DNA of 62,449 nucleotides, filler included, from Basidiobolus ranarum (Eukaryota): NCBI GenBank assembly GCA_040143965.1. It is 22 parts of 22 records of this genome, joined end to end, with 100 filler letters (N's around TTAATTAATTAA, not from the genome) between each part and the next. Parts side by side here need not be neighbours in the genome. Positions count along the whole stretch, not along the records: positions 37,030 to 39,770 come from JASJQH010003018.1; positions 39,871 to 42,610 come from JASJQH010003019.1; positions 42,711 to 45,448 come from JASJQH010003020.1; positions 45,549 to 48,283 come from JASJQH010003021.1; 18 more parts are not named here. One strand, 5' to 3'. Shown piece by piece: positions 37,030 to 48,383 of this stretch (position 1 is its first letter; each line of letters starts with the position of its first letter). The notes under the pieces were generated by a model. It saw only the letters and a program-made list of their open reading frames with translations, ran no database searches and was not told where the DNA came from. The position numbers and the translations under genes were made by a program.

Positions 37030-38428
37030 TATCAGTGAAGATGCACTGTGACCTATCAAAATTGAGTTTTAGCCATTTGGAGGTGGCCATGCATACAGAT
37101 ATTAAATTCTTGACAATATCTAGAACATGTAGTACATCCTTAAAGGTATAAACTTCCTCTTCAGACGCTCCAGTTAAATTAACTCAAATTGTTCCCGTTC
37201 CAATTGCATCCAATGTGTGGTCATCTCCCATGAAATCCCTTGTAATTGGGATTTCTTCATATTTCACACACCAATGTTTTTCATTTGTGAAATGTTAGGA
37301 AGTTCAAGAATCAATATACTGCATCTGAGAGACCTTGTTGGTAGTCTTAGATAGAACAGACATGAACAAGTGATATTCTGTTGCAACCACTTTTCCAGAT
37401 TCAGTATGTTTTTCTTCTTTTACAATTTTTTTAAAGCAATCTTTGCTTAAATAGCCAGTTCTTTCACAGTGATCACACAATGTGTTACTTTTGTTCTTAA
37501 ATTGCTGTAGACCTTTATAGGAAGGTTTCTCATATCCTATTAAGGCATTTTCCTCATTCTTTTGGTTAAGTCCTGATTTGTGTAAATCTTCATCCAGAAA
37601 TCTGCCAAATACATAATTTAAGGTAACAATTTCAATTCTTGATTCTAGAGCCATTACAAGGCTCCAAAACTTGTGTGGCAGGCTATTCAGGACTGTAACT
37701 ATGATATTTTGATCAGTGGTAATTACTCCAATACATTCCATTTCATCCACTAAATAGTTATTCTATTAATTAGTGATTTAATGTCTTTTCTGGTCATCAT
37801 CTTTAAGTTAAGCAATTGTCTTCTTAGAAACATTTTGTTGGCAGCAGAACTTGCTTGATAGGTGTCTTCCAAGGCTTTCCATACCTTCTTGGCAGTTTTA
37901 GCTCTTGAACATTGAAGTAGCAATTTGTCTTTAAGATTAGGACAAATTGTGTTAAAGGCACTTTGTACTTTTTTAACTTGGAGTAAAGCTTTGGTTTCAG
38001 ATAATTTTTCATTGTTTTCTTCACCTACAACAGTGTCCCAAAGTCCTTTTTCTTGCAGTAGCATTTTCATTGTAATTTTCCAAACTTGTTAATTGATACC
38101 ATTCAATTTTTCAGAAGAGGGAAAGGTTCCACAAAATTGAGAAGTATGCATTACAGAGAGTGCAAGCTTGGGGCTCATAACCTGTTAAAGGATTTGGGAG
38201 CCTGTTGGATGTGGTTTGGAGAATTAGAGGAATTGGTGGTTTTCACTTATTGATTTATTGAGTATTCAGTTGACATTTACAGTTTTGTCAAGATGTAAAC
38301 AAACTAACATGTAGATTAAATTCAGGAAGGTTCCAGGACCATGTGTGCAAAGTTTGTGGCTTCTAGCACAAGTTTGAAAAATCTATATATCTGAGAACCT
38401 CTAAGTTGGTAAAATATTGTAAGTAAAT
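37030..38428 (-). mobile_element. Copia family A 5' part: partial LTR (38183-38428), PBS (38171-38182), gag, zinc knuckle, protease
   Basis: MKMLLQEKGLWDTVVG...AKKVWKALEDTY, CDHCERTGYLSKDC, YIDS. PBS GGTTATGAGCCC directly follows the LTR CA. Confidence 0.92.
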
Positions 38429-40249
38429 ACAATGTATTCAGCAAAACTACAGGCTTATCAGAACTTGTAAACAAATGTGACAGCTTGTTTCTGCTGCTGA
38501 ATAATCCAATTCTTACTGAATTCTGCTTCAGTATAATAGGAAGAGCTGATATCAAAAGAACAAAAAGCAATGTTACTATGAATGCTTGGCTGCCACAAGC
38601 CCATCTGATAAAAAGATATCTGGTCAACAATTGTACTTTGGAATACCCACCTGCAATCTAAAATATATTTCATATATGGCTTGTCATTTAATAAAAACAT
38701 TCCTTCTCTTGAAATAATATATTTATGGTAATCCTCAACCATATACATTAACATATTTATGATAATCCTGTACCGTATACATTAATATATTATTAAATTT
38801 ATACATGGATATTATTTATGAATTTGTGTCGAGGTGATATGGATAAATGTCCAAAAAGATTATATTATAATTAATTACAAGAATAACTCGATAAATATTG
38901 ATCAAATTTATAGAGTTGTCTTGGTAAGTAACACTGATAAAATTTATAAAGAAACGTTTGAATATTATGGTGATCCATTTTTGGATTTTGCCAGGGTTAT
39001 TAGCCAAAATGGTAACGAAAACATTATGCCAATTAACTTTATAATACTCGAAAAAATGCATTGCAATCATAAATTAGTCTGGGATGGATTATTCGAGCTA
39101 ATGATGTTACAATAAAGGATTCTGGGGCCATACAGTTCAAAGATGCATCTCAGAAACCCAATGCTTGTCTTACATATGGTGAGTTACCAAGATCACTTAT
39201 AAAATCGTTACCATCTAAGATTAAACATCTTGAATAGGTACTCGGCAAATAATTTTATATACTTAACTGTATTTCTATCTTATGTAATAAACCAAAATGT
39301 GTACCTAATGACCAAATATAAAATCCATTTTTGAAAATTTATTTTTACAACAATAGCGAACAGAAAAATAACCATCAATAATTTTTTTGAGGATAGCGGT
39401 GACAAAGAGAGTAATAGCATCCCAATAAATAACCTTGCATCTAGTTTGGCAGGGTTGACACTGTTGAGAGATTCTTTAGAAGGATTTCATCATAAAGAGT
39501 CATCAGGATTAGGTGGATTGGGAGGTTTTGGAGATCTATCTCTTAAAGAAAACACTAACAAGCCTATTAATATTACATACTAAATATCAAAATCAAGGGG
39601 ACCTTAACCTTTTGCTCTATGTTTTAGATTTCTGTTCTCAATTAGTCCCCTTAGGACACCTGCTTTGTCTTTTAACATATGTGCCACCCCAGTCAAGCTC
39701 CCCATCTATCAATGTCTTTAACCTAGATTAGTTTGCAAGTAAGTGAAAACTTAATGCTAGAAGATCGGCGNNNNNNNNNNNNNNNNNNNNNNNNNNNNNN
39801 NNNNNNNNNNNNNNTTAATTAATTAANNNNNNNNNNNNNNNNNNNNNNNNNNNNNNNNNNNNNNNNNNNNTTATAATGACATTTTTTCCCATTTTAGAGC
39901 AAGGGTAGAACACAACTTTGGTTTCCTAAAGAGATATAGCAATGTAGCAGAAAAGTATAGAGGAAAATCATTTTGTGGGCCTCAATCAAAGTTAGGCAAA
40001 GTATTCAAAATCTTGATTAATTCTCAATGCATTCATACTCAAAGATATCCATTGAGAGCTCTAGACTTAAGACAATGTGAATGAAGCTTTCATCATCTTT
40101 TGAATGTGCAATAATGTCTAAAAGTACTTTTCTTATATATACCACATAAGTAAAATAAACTGTCTCCAAAATGTTAAACAACATTCTGCTGGATAGTGCC
40201 CAATCATGCCAATTTGTGCTGGCACACTTTTTAGCTGGCCTGATCTGGC

Positions 40250-42538
40250 TCAATAAAATGGAACAAGTCTATTTAATATGAAAAGACTTCCCATCATGCT
40301 TGGACTATATTGGAAGAGTGTTTTAAAGCAAAGAGTCTTGCTAATAGACTCTATTTCAGACAAAAATTCTTCAATATAAAGATGGAAAAGCCTGAAAGCA
40401 TGGTTACTCATATTGCCAAAGTGAGATCTTTGGTAAAACAACTGGAAAACATTGGTGCAACTTTGCAGGAAGAAGATTTCATTATTACTTCTCTCAGTGG
40501 TCTACCAGAACAGTATCCAAACTTGGTCACAGCTTTGGAAGCAAGCTGTGACATGTTATCTTTGGAGTTTGTGGTGGCAAGACTAAAGGATCATCATCTC
40601 AGAAGTAAGAATTTGAAAAAGAATCTGAGGAAATGGCTGCTTATGAATCTGGAAAATGTAGCTTTGGCAAGTACAAAGGTTGCAGAAGAAGGAAACCAGT
40701 TTAATGCTATGGTTTTAACACACCAGGACACTGGTTAAAAGATAGCAAATCAAGAAATTATAACAAAAATGGGAAGTCAGAACAAACAAATCAGGTCTCA
40801 ACCAAGGGGGAAGTCTTATTCATCTCTGCCCTATCAGTGACCTCAGAACAAGACTGTAGGTTGTGGTATATTGATTCTGGAGCCTGTCAACTTTTCCCTA
40901 ATCAAAAAAACTGGTTTAAGCCACTCAAAACTGACATACACAAGAAGGTTTATATGAGAGATGACTGGCCACTAGAAGCTCTAGGCATGGGAGAAATTGA
41001 AGTGGATCTTGTGGGCATCTCTGGGGACATGTATTTGACTCTGAAAAATGTGCTACATGTGCCTGGGATAGCAAAAATGTTTTATCAGTGAGTAAAGCTA
41101 CATCTGAGAGATGTAGATATAATTTTGATCAAAATGGCTGTATAATCAGGGATCAAAAAGGGAATTACGTAGCTTCTGGCACTAAGCAAAATGGCTTGTA
41201 TAAGCTTCATTATATTAGGCCAGTGTGCAAACAAGTTAATGCTGCCCCAGCTGAAGAGATGGACTGGATAATCTGGCATCAAAGATTGGGTCATCTAAGA
41301 GCTGAAAATACAATAAATGTAATCAAAAACAAGATGGTTTTGGGACTAAGTTTTGTAATTCCACTGCATCTGGAGCTATGCAAAGGTTACCTATATGGTA
41401 GGCAACATGGACAGCTGTTTGTGGGCTCTGGAATGAGCACAATTGTTCAAAAATTTGGCCTGATGCACTCAGATCTGTGTGGCCCAATGCAGGCAAAATC
41501 CTCAGTTGGAAAAAGGTATTTTATGACCATTATTGATAATGAGACAAAGTATACTTGGGTGAGCTTTCTGGCCTGTAAGTATGAAGCATTTGATACCTTT
41601 AAGAAATTCAAATCAATGGTGGAGACTGGAGCAGGTCCCAAGATTAAGATTATCCATACCAATAATGGAGGGGAATATACCTGAAAGCTCTTCTCTAACT
41701 TTTGTTTAACAGATGGGATAAAACAGACAACTACAGTGACATGTTCCCCACAGCAGAATGGAGTAACAGAATGTGCAAACAGATCAATAATGGAAAAGGA
41801 AAGGTCAAAGCTTCATGATCAAGACTTACTAAAACAATTCTGGGCTGAATTGGTTGCAACTAGAGTATATATTAGCAAGAGTGGTCCTTCTGGGTCTCTA
41901 TTGGCAATGACACCTTATCAAGATTGGTTTGGAAGTAAACCTGATGCAGCTAATTTCAGAATTTTTTGAAGTGCTGCATATGCACTGACTCTAGAACAAA
42001 AGAGAAAAAAATCAGACCAAAAAAGCCAGAAATGTCTTTTTTTGGGATATTCTGATGGAACAAAAGGGTACCAACTATATAACACTGAAAAGAGGAGGCT
42101 AATTAAGTTAAGGGACATGAAATTTGCTGAAGATGAAAAATTTTCAATCAAAACAATCCAGGATGAAGAAAAACAACCAATAAATGATGAAAAAACTTCT
42201 TTCTCTCACCAGATCCTGATCAGTTAGAAAAACATTGAAAATTCCTGACATAGAGTCTCCTTGACCAAGCCTGAGGTAGTTTCATTGCCTAAATTTGTAC
42301 CAGAATTTGTAGTGCCAATTTCCCTTCTTTCTGGGTTCTCCACCAGATTACTACTCTCACGCTAGCCAAAAGGAGCCTAGTGCTAATTTATCCTTTTCCA
42401 ATGAATTCAAATCAGTACAGGAGGCTATGGAGAGTCCAAACACAAAATTTTAGAGTGCTGCAATGGCAGATATCAGTCACTCATAGATAATCAAACTTGG
42501 ACTTTGGTTAAGTTACCTGGTGACCAAACATCAATTGG
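40250..42538 (+). mobile_element. Degenerate copia gag-pol (gag, protease, integrase, RT start)
   Basis: WYIDSGA, WHQRLGH, HSDLCGPMQ, IHTNNGGEY, PQQNGVTECANRSI, CLFLGYS, NQTWTLVKLP. Confidence 0.93.
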
Positions 42539-42610
42539 TGTCACAATAAGGAACTGGACAAGGACTGGAAACAATGACAAGAGGCTAGAAGGCAGCAGAG
42601 TACCTGGGTC
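42539..42610 (-). mobile_element. Gypsy family C LTR end inserted into copia RT
   Basis: TGTCACAATAAGGAACTGGACAAGGACTGG, as at 9112 and 59039. Confidence 0.8.
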
Positions 42611-42808
42611 NNNNNNNNNNNNNNNNNNNNNNNNNNNNNNNNNNNNNNNNNNNNTTAATTAATTAANNNNNNNNNNNNNNNNNNNNNNNNNNNNNNNNNN
42701 NNNNNNNNNNATATATGTGCAAATTATTGAGTTGATTGAGACATTATATTGTCTCCAAAATTGCCATCGCTTTTGGTGTGGTAATCCAATTTCGTTACAA
42801 CCAGGAAA

Positions 42809-42890
42809 GGTGAGATGGCCGAGTGGTCTTAGGCGCTGCGTTCCGGTCGCAGTCTCTTCGGAGGCGTGGGATCGAACCCCACTCTCATCA
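42809..42890 (+). tRNA. tRNA with a Leu(CAG)-type class II body but anticodon CCG (variant or pseudo-tRNA)
   Basis: Acceptor GGTGAGA/TCTCATC plus A73. A box TGGCCGAGTGG. Anticodon arm CTGCG-TTCCGGT-CGCAG. Long variable arm CTC-TTCG-GAG. T arm GTGGG-ATCGAAC-CCCAC. T-tract terminator follows. Confidence 0.9.
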
Positions 42891-43332
42891 TATATTTCTT
42901 TGGGTAACAAGGACTTTTTGCTATTCGGTTCAACATACAAGCAAAATTGTAGGGAGTTATTTGTTAGAGCCTCAAAAATCATCATTCATACTAAAAGTGC
43001 TACGCGAGTTAGCTTACCAAAAGAACCATTTTAATGTTAGAGTTTATAAGTAAGCTCCAAATATAGTAATTATTAAGCCCTGTACTCAGTTAATTCATTG
43101 TGTTATTGCTGTAGTAGTCAAAAAACTTTTATCTTTTATTCCAGTGGGACTTTTCACTGTATCTATAATAGCCTCTCCTGCTGATTGGGAATAAAACTCC
43201 CTGGAGGATTTTTACACAGGTCTAAAAGGTATGGCTGGAGTTCACAAACGTTGGCTTTTCAATCTAAACCGAACTAACCTTATCAAATATATCAACAACG
43301 AGAATTAAGTTTGATTCCGATTTGACAACCAG

Positions 43333-43404
43333 GGCTTAATGGTCTAGTCGTATGATTCCTCGTTCGGGTCGTGGAGGGCCCGGGTTCAATTCCCGGTTGA
43401 GCCC
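43333..43404 (+). tRNA. tRNA-Pro(CGG), atypical (possible pseudogene)
   Basis: Acceptor GGCTTAA/TTGAGCC plus C73. Anticodon loop TTCGGGT. T arm CCGGG-TTCAATT-CCCGG. It has C at invariant G18 (43349) and a T.T mismatch in the anticodon stem. Confidence 0.85.
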
Positions 43405-44577
43405 ATATTTTCTCTTTTGCTGTAGACAAATTCCACGTAAGTTTTACAAGGAGAGTTAAAAATTTATCACAGAAAAGCTCTAGTTAGATCCTATTTTTAA
43501 TTTTAAGTCAAATATTTTCGAAAGATGCATATATGTATCCGTACACAAAGTTGCTAATTAGATCATTATCACCACGTATGTAGAATTAGAACATGTATCT
43601 TAGAAAAAAATGAGTTAGGTTCAGGTTATAGTTGTACCTCACACATCCTAATATTATCAAGTGTAAAGGATAATGCACCTCATTACATGAAATTCCAAGT
43701 ACCAGTCACTCATAGTAAATTCCAACACATCCAGTTCCGACGGTTTTACTCATGTGCTATTGTCACTTGTGGGACAAATACTGAGGTATGTGTGCTTTTT
43801 GCCTCCGTATTTGATACGAGATAGGACTTTTAACTCTCAAAAGGAAAAATATGCTCACCAAACAGGTAAAATTAGTATTCGAACTATACCGGGTAAGTGT
43901 ATCGGTAACAATGCTCATGTGGATAAAATTCAATATTATTTTCCAATACGTGATTGCTTTTCTGACATAACTGTATTGCTGAATTGTATCATGAGAAAAA
44001 TATAACACATCGCTATATCATCGAAACATGAATTTATAACTTAGCTGGGAAGATACCAAGACAACTGAATGCCAGGAACAGTCTCATTTTCATTTATCAT
44101 AAACGACTAATGTGGAAATGATTAGCCCGAACATCAGGATTTAAGGGAGATATATGCGATTATTATAGAATTAAGAAGATATTTTACAAAAACAATACTT
44201 GAAATATTTTTATTACTTTGTCAATAGCACAGTTAGAGTACCCGAATGCTTTTCATCAGGAGAAACCAGTTGGTTGATGAGAAGAAGCTGCAATGGATAA
44301 CGAAATTTTGTGTAACAATAATGGCGCAAGCTGCGTGTGAAGTGTTGTTATAGTGACTGGCTTTTGCCTGAGAATAATGCCCAATTACTCTTCATGAATA
44401 GAGCCCAACAGGGAAGGGAAGTTTGTTACAAGTCAAATGACCTGCAGATTAATGAAAACCTACTTTCGTAATCTATACAATAAATTCATCAGTTGTATCA
44501 AAAACATATAAATATAGTGGAAGTTGAACAATATCTCATTAACTGCTTCAGTGCTACTACTTTGGTTTTGAAAAACA

Positions 44578-45448
44578 ATGGTGAACATTCGCATTCTTAC
44601 AATCGGCTCACTAATTGCTGTGCTTTTGGCTATACCAATTTCTGAAGCTCAAATCGTTGATGTTTCCAACCGTTATATTGTCAAGATCAAAAAAAGAGCT
44701 GACTCTAACAAAGGTACGAGTGTGATGTCGTAACAACGGCAGCATGAGATGCAGAATTAACACATTTGTGCATTTATTTTAGTGGATCAATTTTTAAAGA
44801 CGAAGCTTGACCAATACAACTGTGGTCGTAGTGGTAACAACTCCCTTAAAAATGAGCTAAAGAACAAGTTCGCCTTGGAGAACATCAATGCCTATGCTGG
44901 TACACTCAGCCAGGCCCTTGTCAGTGAGCTCAAGACCAATGGCGATATCGAGTATGTTGAGGCTGAGTAAGTGTTCACTGTCTCTGGAGTTCAAAACAGC
45001 CCACCAAGCTGGGATCTTGCTAGAGTCTCTCAGCGTGCATTGAATGCCAATGCACCATACAACTATCCTGACTGAGTTGATGTGTACATCATCGACACCG
45101 GAATCAATGTCAAGCACTCTGACTTTGGAGGCAGAGCCACCTTTCCAGTCAGCTTTATCAGTGGTGAGGCTACCGAGGATCTCAATGGTCATGGAACTTA
45201 CGTCTCTAGAACAGTTGGAGGAACCAGTTTTGGTGTAGCCAAGAAGGCCAATTTCATTGGTGTCAAGGTACTCAGTGGAAGTAGCGGCGGTACTACCTCA
45301 GGAGTCATCTCGGGAGTCAACTGGGTAGCTCAGCAAGCCAAGACCAGTGGTCGGAAGAGTTTAGCCAACTTGTCACTTGGTGGTGGTAACAGTGAGGCAT
45401 TGAAGCTAGCAGTTGATGCCGCAGCCCAAGCTGGAGTCACCTTCATAG
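44578..45448 (+). pseudogene. Subtilisin-like S8 (proteinase K type) protease pseudogene with signal peptide and I9 propeptide; intron 44714-44782
   Basis: VYIIDTG, DLNGHGTYVSR (consensus HGTHVAG), ANLSLGG. In-frame stops TAA at 44968 and TGA at 45073, the latter at a short deletion of the usual AGEG segment. Confidence 0.88.
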
Positions 45449-45548
45449 NNNNNNNNNNNNNNNNNNNNNNNNNNNNNNNNNNNNNNNNNNNNTTAATTAA
45501 TTAANNNNNNNNNNNNNNNNNNNNNNNNNNNNNNNNNNNNNNNNNNNN

Positions 45549-48283
45549 ATTGTGCCACACTGTATTAAGTTCTTCCCAGATATCTGCACGGTCAACACCA
45601 GACTGAATGTCAAGTTGAATGTTCTTCTTCTGAAGCCACTTTCTGCATACTTGCACTGCATTTTTCCCTTCATACTTTTGAAAATACTCCTCAAGCACTT
45701 TGACTATTTTTGTATATCCTTGTAGTGTGACACTACTGAGGGTGCTTTGTGGTGTTTGTGCAGCTTTTGCTTGCCTTTAAATTTGGGGCTAATTTCAACA
45801 CTTTGAAAAGTACCAGTTGAGATTGGAGAGCTGTGAGTTTTATTTGCTGGTGTTTTGGCTTGTTGAGAGGTAGCAGGTGTTGGATAAACTTCATGAAATA
45901 AGTCAAGAACCTTCATAGTAATGCCTGGTTTTTGGTTTTTCCAAGATTGGCTCAAATCCAGGTGATTTTGGGCAAGATTCCGCAAAGTTTCCAAAATGTT
46001 AATCCACTCATCATCAGAGCAAGTGATGGCAGCTCTGACATTCAGAGTCATTTGGTTTGCCAGTTTTCCTACAAGATTTCTACTTTCATGTGCCCAAGCA
46101 ATTTTGGGTCATTGTGTAGGCTTAATAGTCCAACACATATTCTGCTCTGCTAGATTGTCATGGTGAAATTCATATTTATGGAGTGAGATTGATTGAAATC
46201 CCATATGAGAATGGACAGAGGGAGCAGCATGTTGCTATAGCTCAAGTACAGCATTCTGAAGGTCTTGTATAATTGTTGAGTGACTCTCCAACTGTTGACT
46301 AGTTGATTTGGAATGCTGCATTAATTGCAATTTTATGGCAATATTGCTTGTCATGGCTGGTATAGCAACTTTGTAGTTTTTACTTATGATTGCATACAAA
46401 TCATTATGGTGTTCTGCCTGTGTTTCCCTTGTTGTAATGATTCTATCCAAATTTTCTACAGAGGGTTGTTCAATAGTGGGCAAAGTAGCCATTTTGGAAG
46501 TTGATGGTCTTGATGGTGTTTTGGTTGCACTTTGCTCAGCTATTGATTTAATATGTAATTGGGGGATTACAATCTCTTCACATCCAAAGTAGGTAGTGGA
46601 TCACTAGACTGCCAATCAATCAAGTCCTCTGTACTTGCTGGTTTTTTTCCTTTCATGCCAGCAGGCTTTGGCTTGGAAGCCAATTTTGATTTAGATTTTG
46701 AATGCTTTTTAAATTGCATTGAAATTTTCAGATGGTAAACTTGGTGTAATGAAATTGCTTAGAAACAGATTATAAGAAACCAAAATTGCCATCCATTACC
46801 AGAAATATTTTGTAAATCCCCTGATGACTCAACTGTGACACCGTCTCATAATTAGCTGATGATATTGATGGGCTACACTTAAAATACCACCCTTATGTAG
46901 GAGGTGTTCTTTTTTCTACAATATCCTTTTTGTGCCACATCATAAACATTTAAAGAAGCCCTGCTATTATTGTCACAACTTCTTGTGCTATGAAAGCCAG
47001 AGGCTTCATAGAAAAAACAATCACAGGCATGGTCACTGTACAAAGCAACCAGCTGCACAAAGCCTGGTATATAACAACAGTAATAAGTGCACTAAATCAA
47101 CTTTAGTGTTGCCCATTGAGCCCACTGACTGTAGTTTGCCTCAAAGTTTTGTTAACACTGCCAAAAGTCAAGATACCATGGAGTTACCACATTTATATGA
47201 CCAGAATGATGTAGGTCAAAACGCAACTTTGGTCAAACCAGTAAGTCCAGACAACTTTGAGGACTTGCCGCTAGATGTTGACCTTGGTTATTCCAGTACT
47301 GATGGTAGTATATAACATTCTGATACTATGTACTCAGCTATATAGTGGAAAATTCAATATGAATGAGTCATTCAAGATAGGATCAAAGTTTGAATTGATT
47401 GGGAAAACGCTTGAAAACATCAAGATACCATCATATTTTACCAGGACTCCCATCAATATCCACTAATCTAGGCATTTATTCAAATGCACAGACTGGAGTA
47501 CTGGATTTGTATATATATTCAAGTTGAATCTTGAAAAGATTTCTGCCTGATAAGTATTGGCAACATTGGGGGTTGTTTGTCAATATTGTTAATGTATTCT
47601 TATGGCATCAACTCACATTGGCAGATCTCAGGCAGATACAGCAACTGTGTGAAGATTTTGTAACTAGATATGAAAAACTTTGTTACAGGTTTAAAGAAGA
47701 TAGACTGAATCTATGCTGGTATTCAATACATTCCCTGGTAAATCTTTCATAATGCTTAGAGATTATAGGCCCTTGCTATACATTCTGGGAGTTCCCAATG
47801 GAGCGCACCTGCGGTGAAATGATGCTCCATGTGAAATCGTCAGTATTACCGTATGCTAATCTGATTAACAATGCATCAGCAAAATCAGTGATAGGTGTAA
47901 TGTGATGGGGTAAGGAGACTCCAGAGTATATTAACCTGCCAACAAAGGGCTCTTTTCAATGTGCTCATGGGTTTTTTCATTATTTGAGCACAATAACAGC
48001 AACAAAGCCCAATCAATGGAAACAGAGTAAGTACCTCTATGAGCAGACTAACTTGCTTGTGTGATAATCTGATGGTATTTTTAGGAAGGCTGCAAAATAG
48101 ACTTCTTGGTGAGATAGATCAAGATATGCAGTATTATTGTCATAGCCATGGGGTAATCTATTCCAGCAATGATACATCTACTTGTAGCAGGACATTTGTT
48201 GACTGCAAGTTGGGGAAATATTGGCTGAATTCCTCACGGAAATTTGCCAAAATCCAAGAGCTTTTTCTCATTGTGAATGGTAA
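45549..48283. mobile_element. CMC/EnSpm transposon, internally deleted copy: ORF2 (-, 45549-46850) and transposase (+, ~46932-48283)
   Basis: Colinear with 51218-53844, except for a jump at ~47313 from the equivalent of ~52027 to ~53155. Confidence 0.85.
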
Positions 48284-48383
48284 NNNNNNNNNNNNNNNNN
48301 NNNNNNNNNNNNNNNNNNNNNNNNNNNTTAATTAATTAANNNNNNNNNNNNNNNNNNNNNNNNNNNNNNNNNNNNNNNNNNNN

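Noticed and set aside
39470-39515. CTGATGA...GAAA on the - strand as a hammerhead ribozyme
   Set aside because: The stem II closing pair is mismatched and no convincing stem I or III can be formed.
42843-42845. Genome-wide reassignment of CGG to Leu implied by the CCG-anticodon tRNA
   Set aside because: CGG codons in this window sit where Arg fits: the dibasic KR site at 22576 and SGRKS in the subtilisin at 45352. This is a small sample, but it gives no support for full reassignment.
42659-43053. Three overlapping track ORFs
   Set aside because: They are incidental frames across the GC-rich tRNA gene.
44967-44999. GTAAGT...CAG mini-intron rescuing the subtilisin stop
   Set aside because: It is only 33 nt, it would remove the conserved propeptide junction, and the second stop at 45073 remains.
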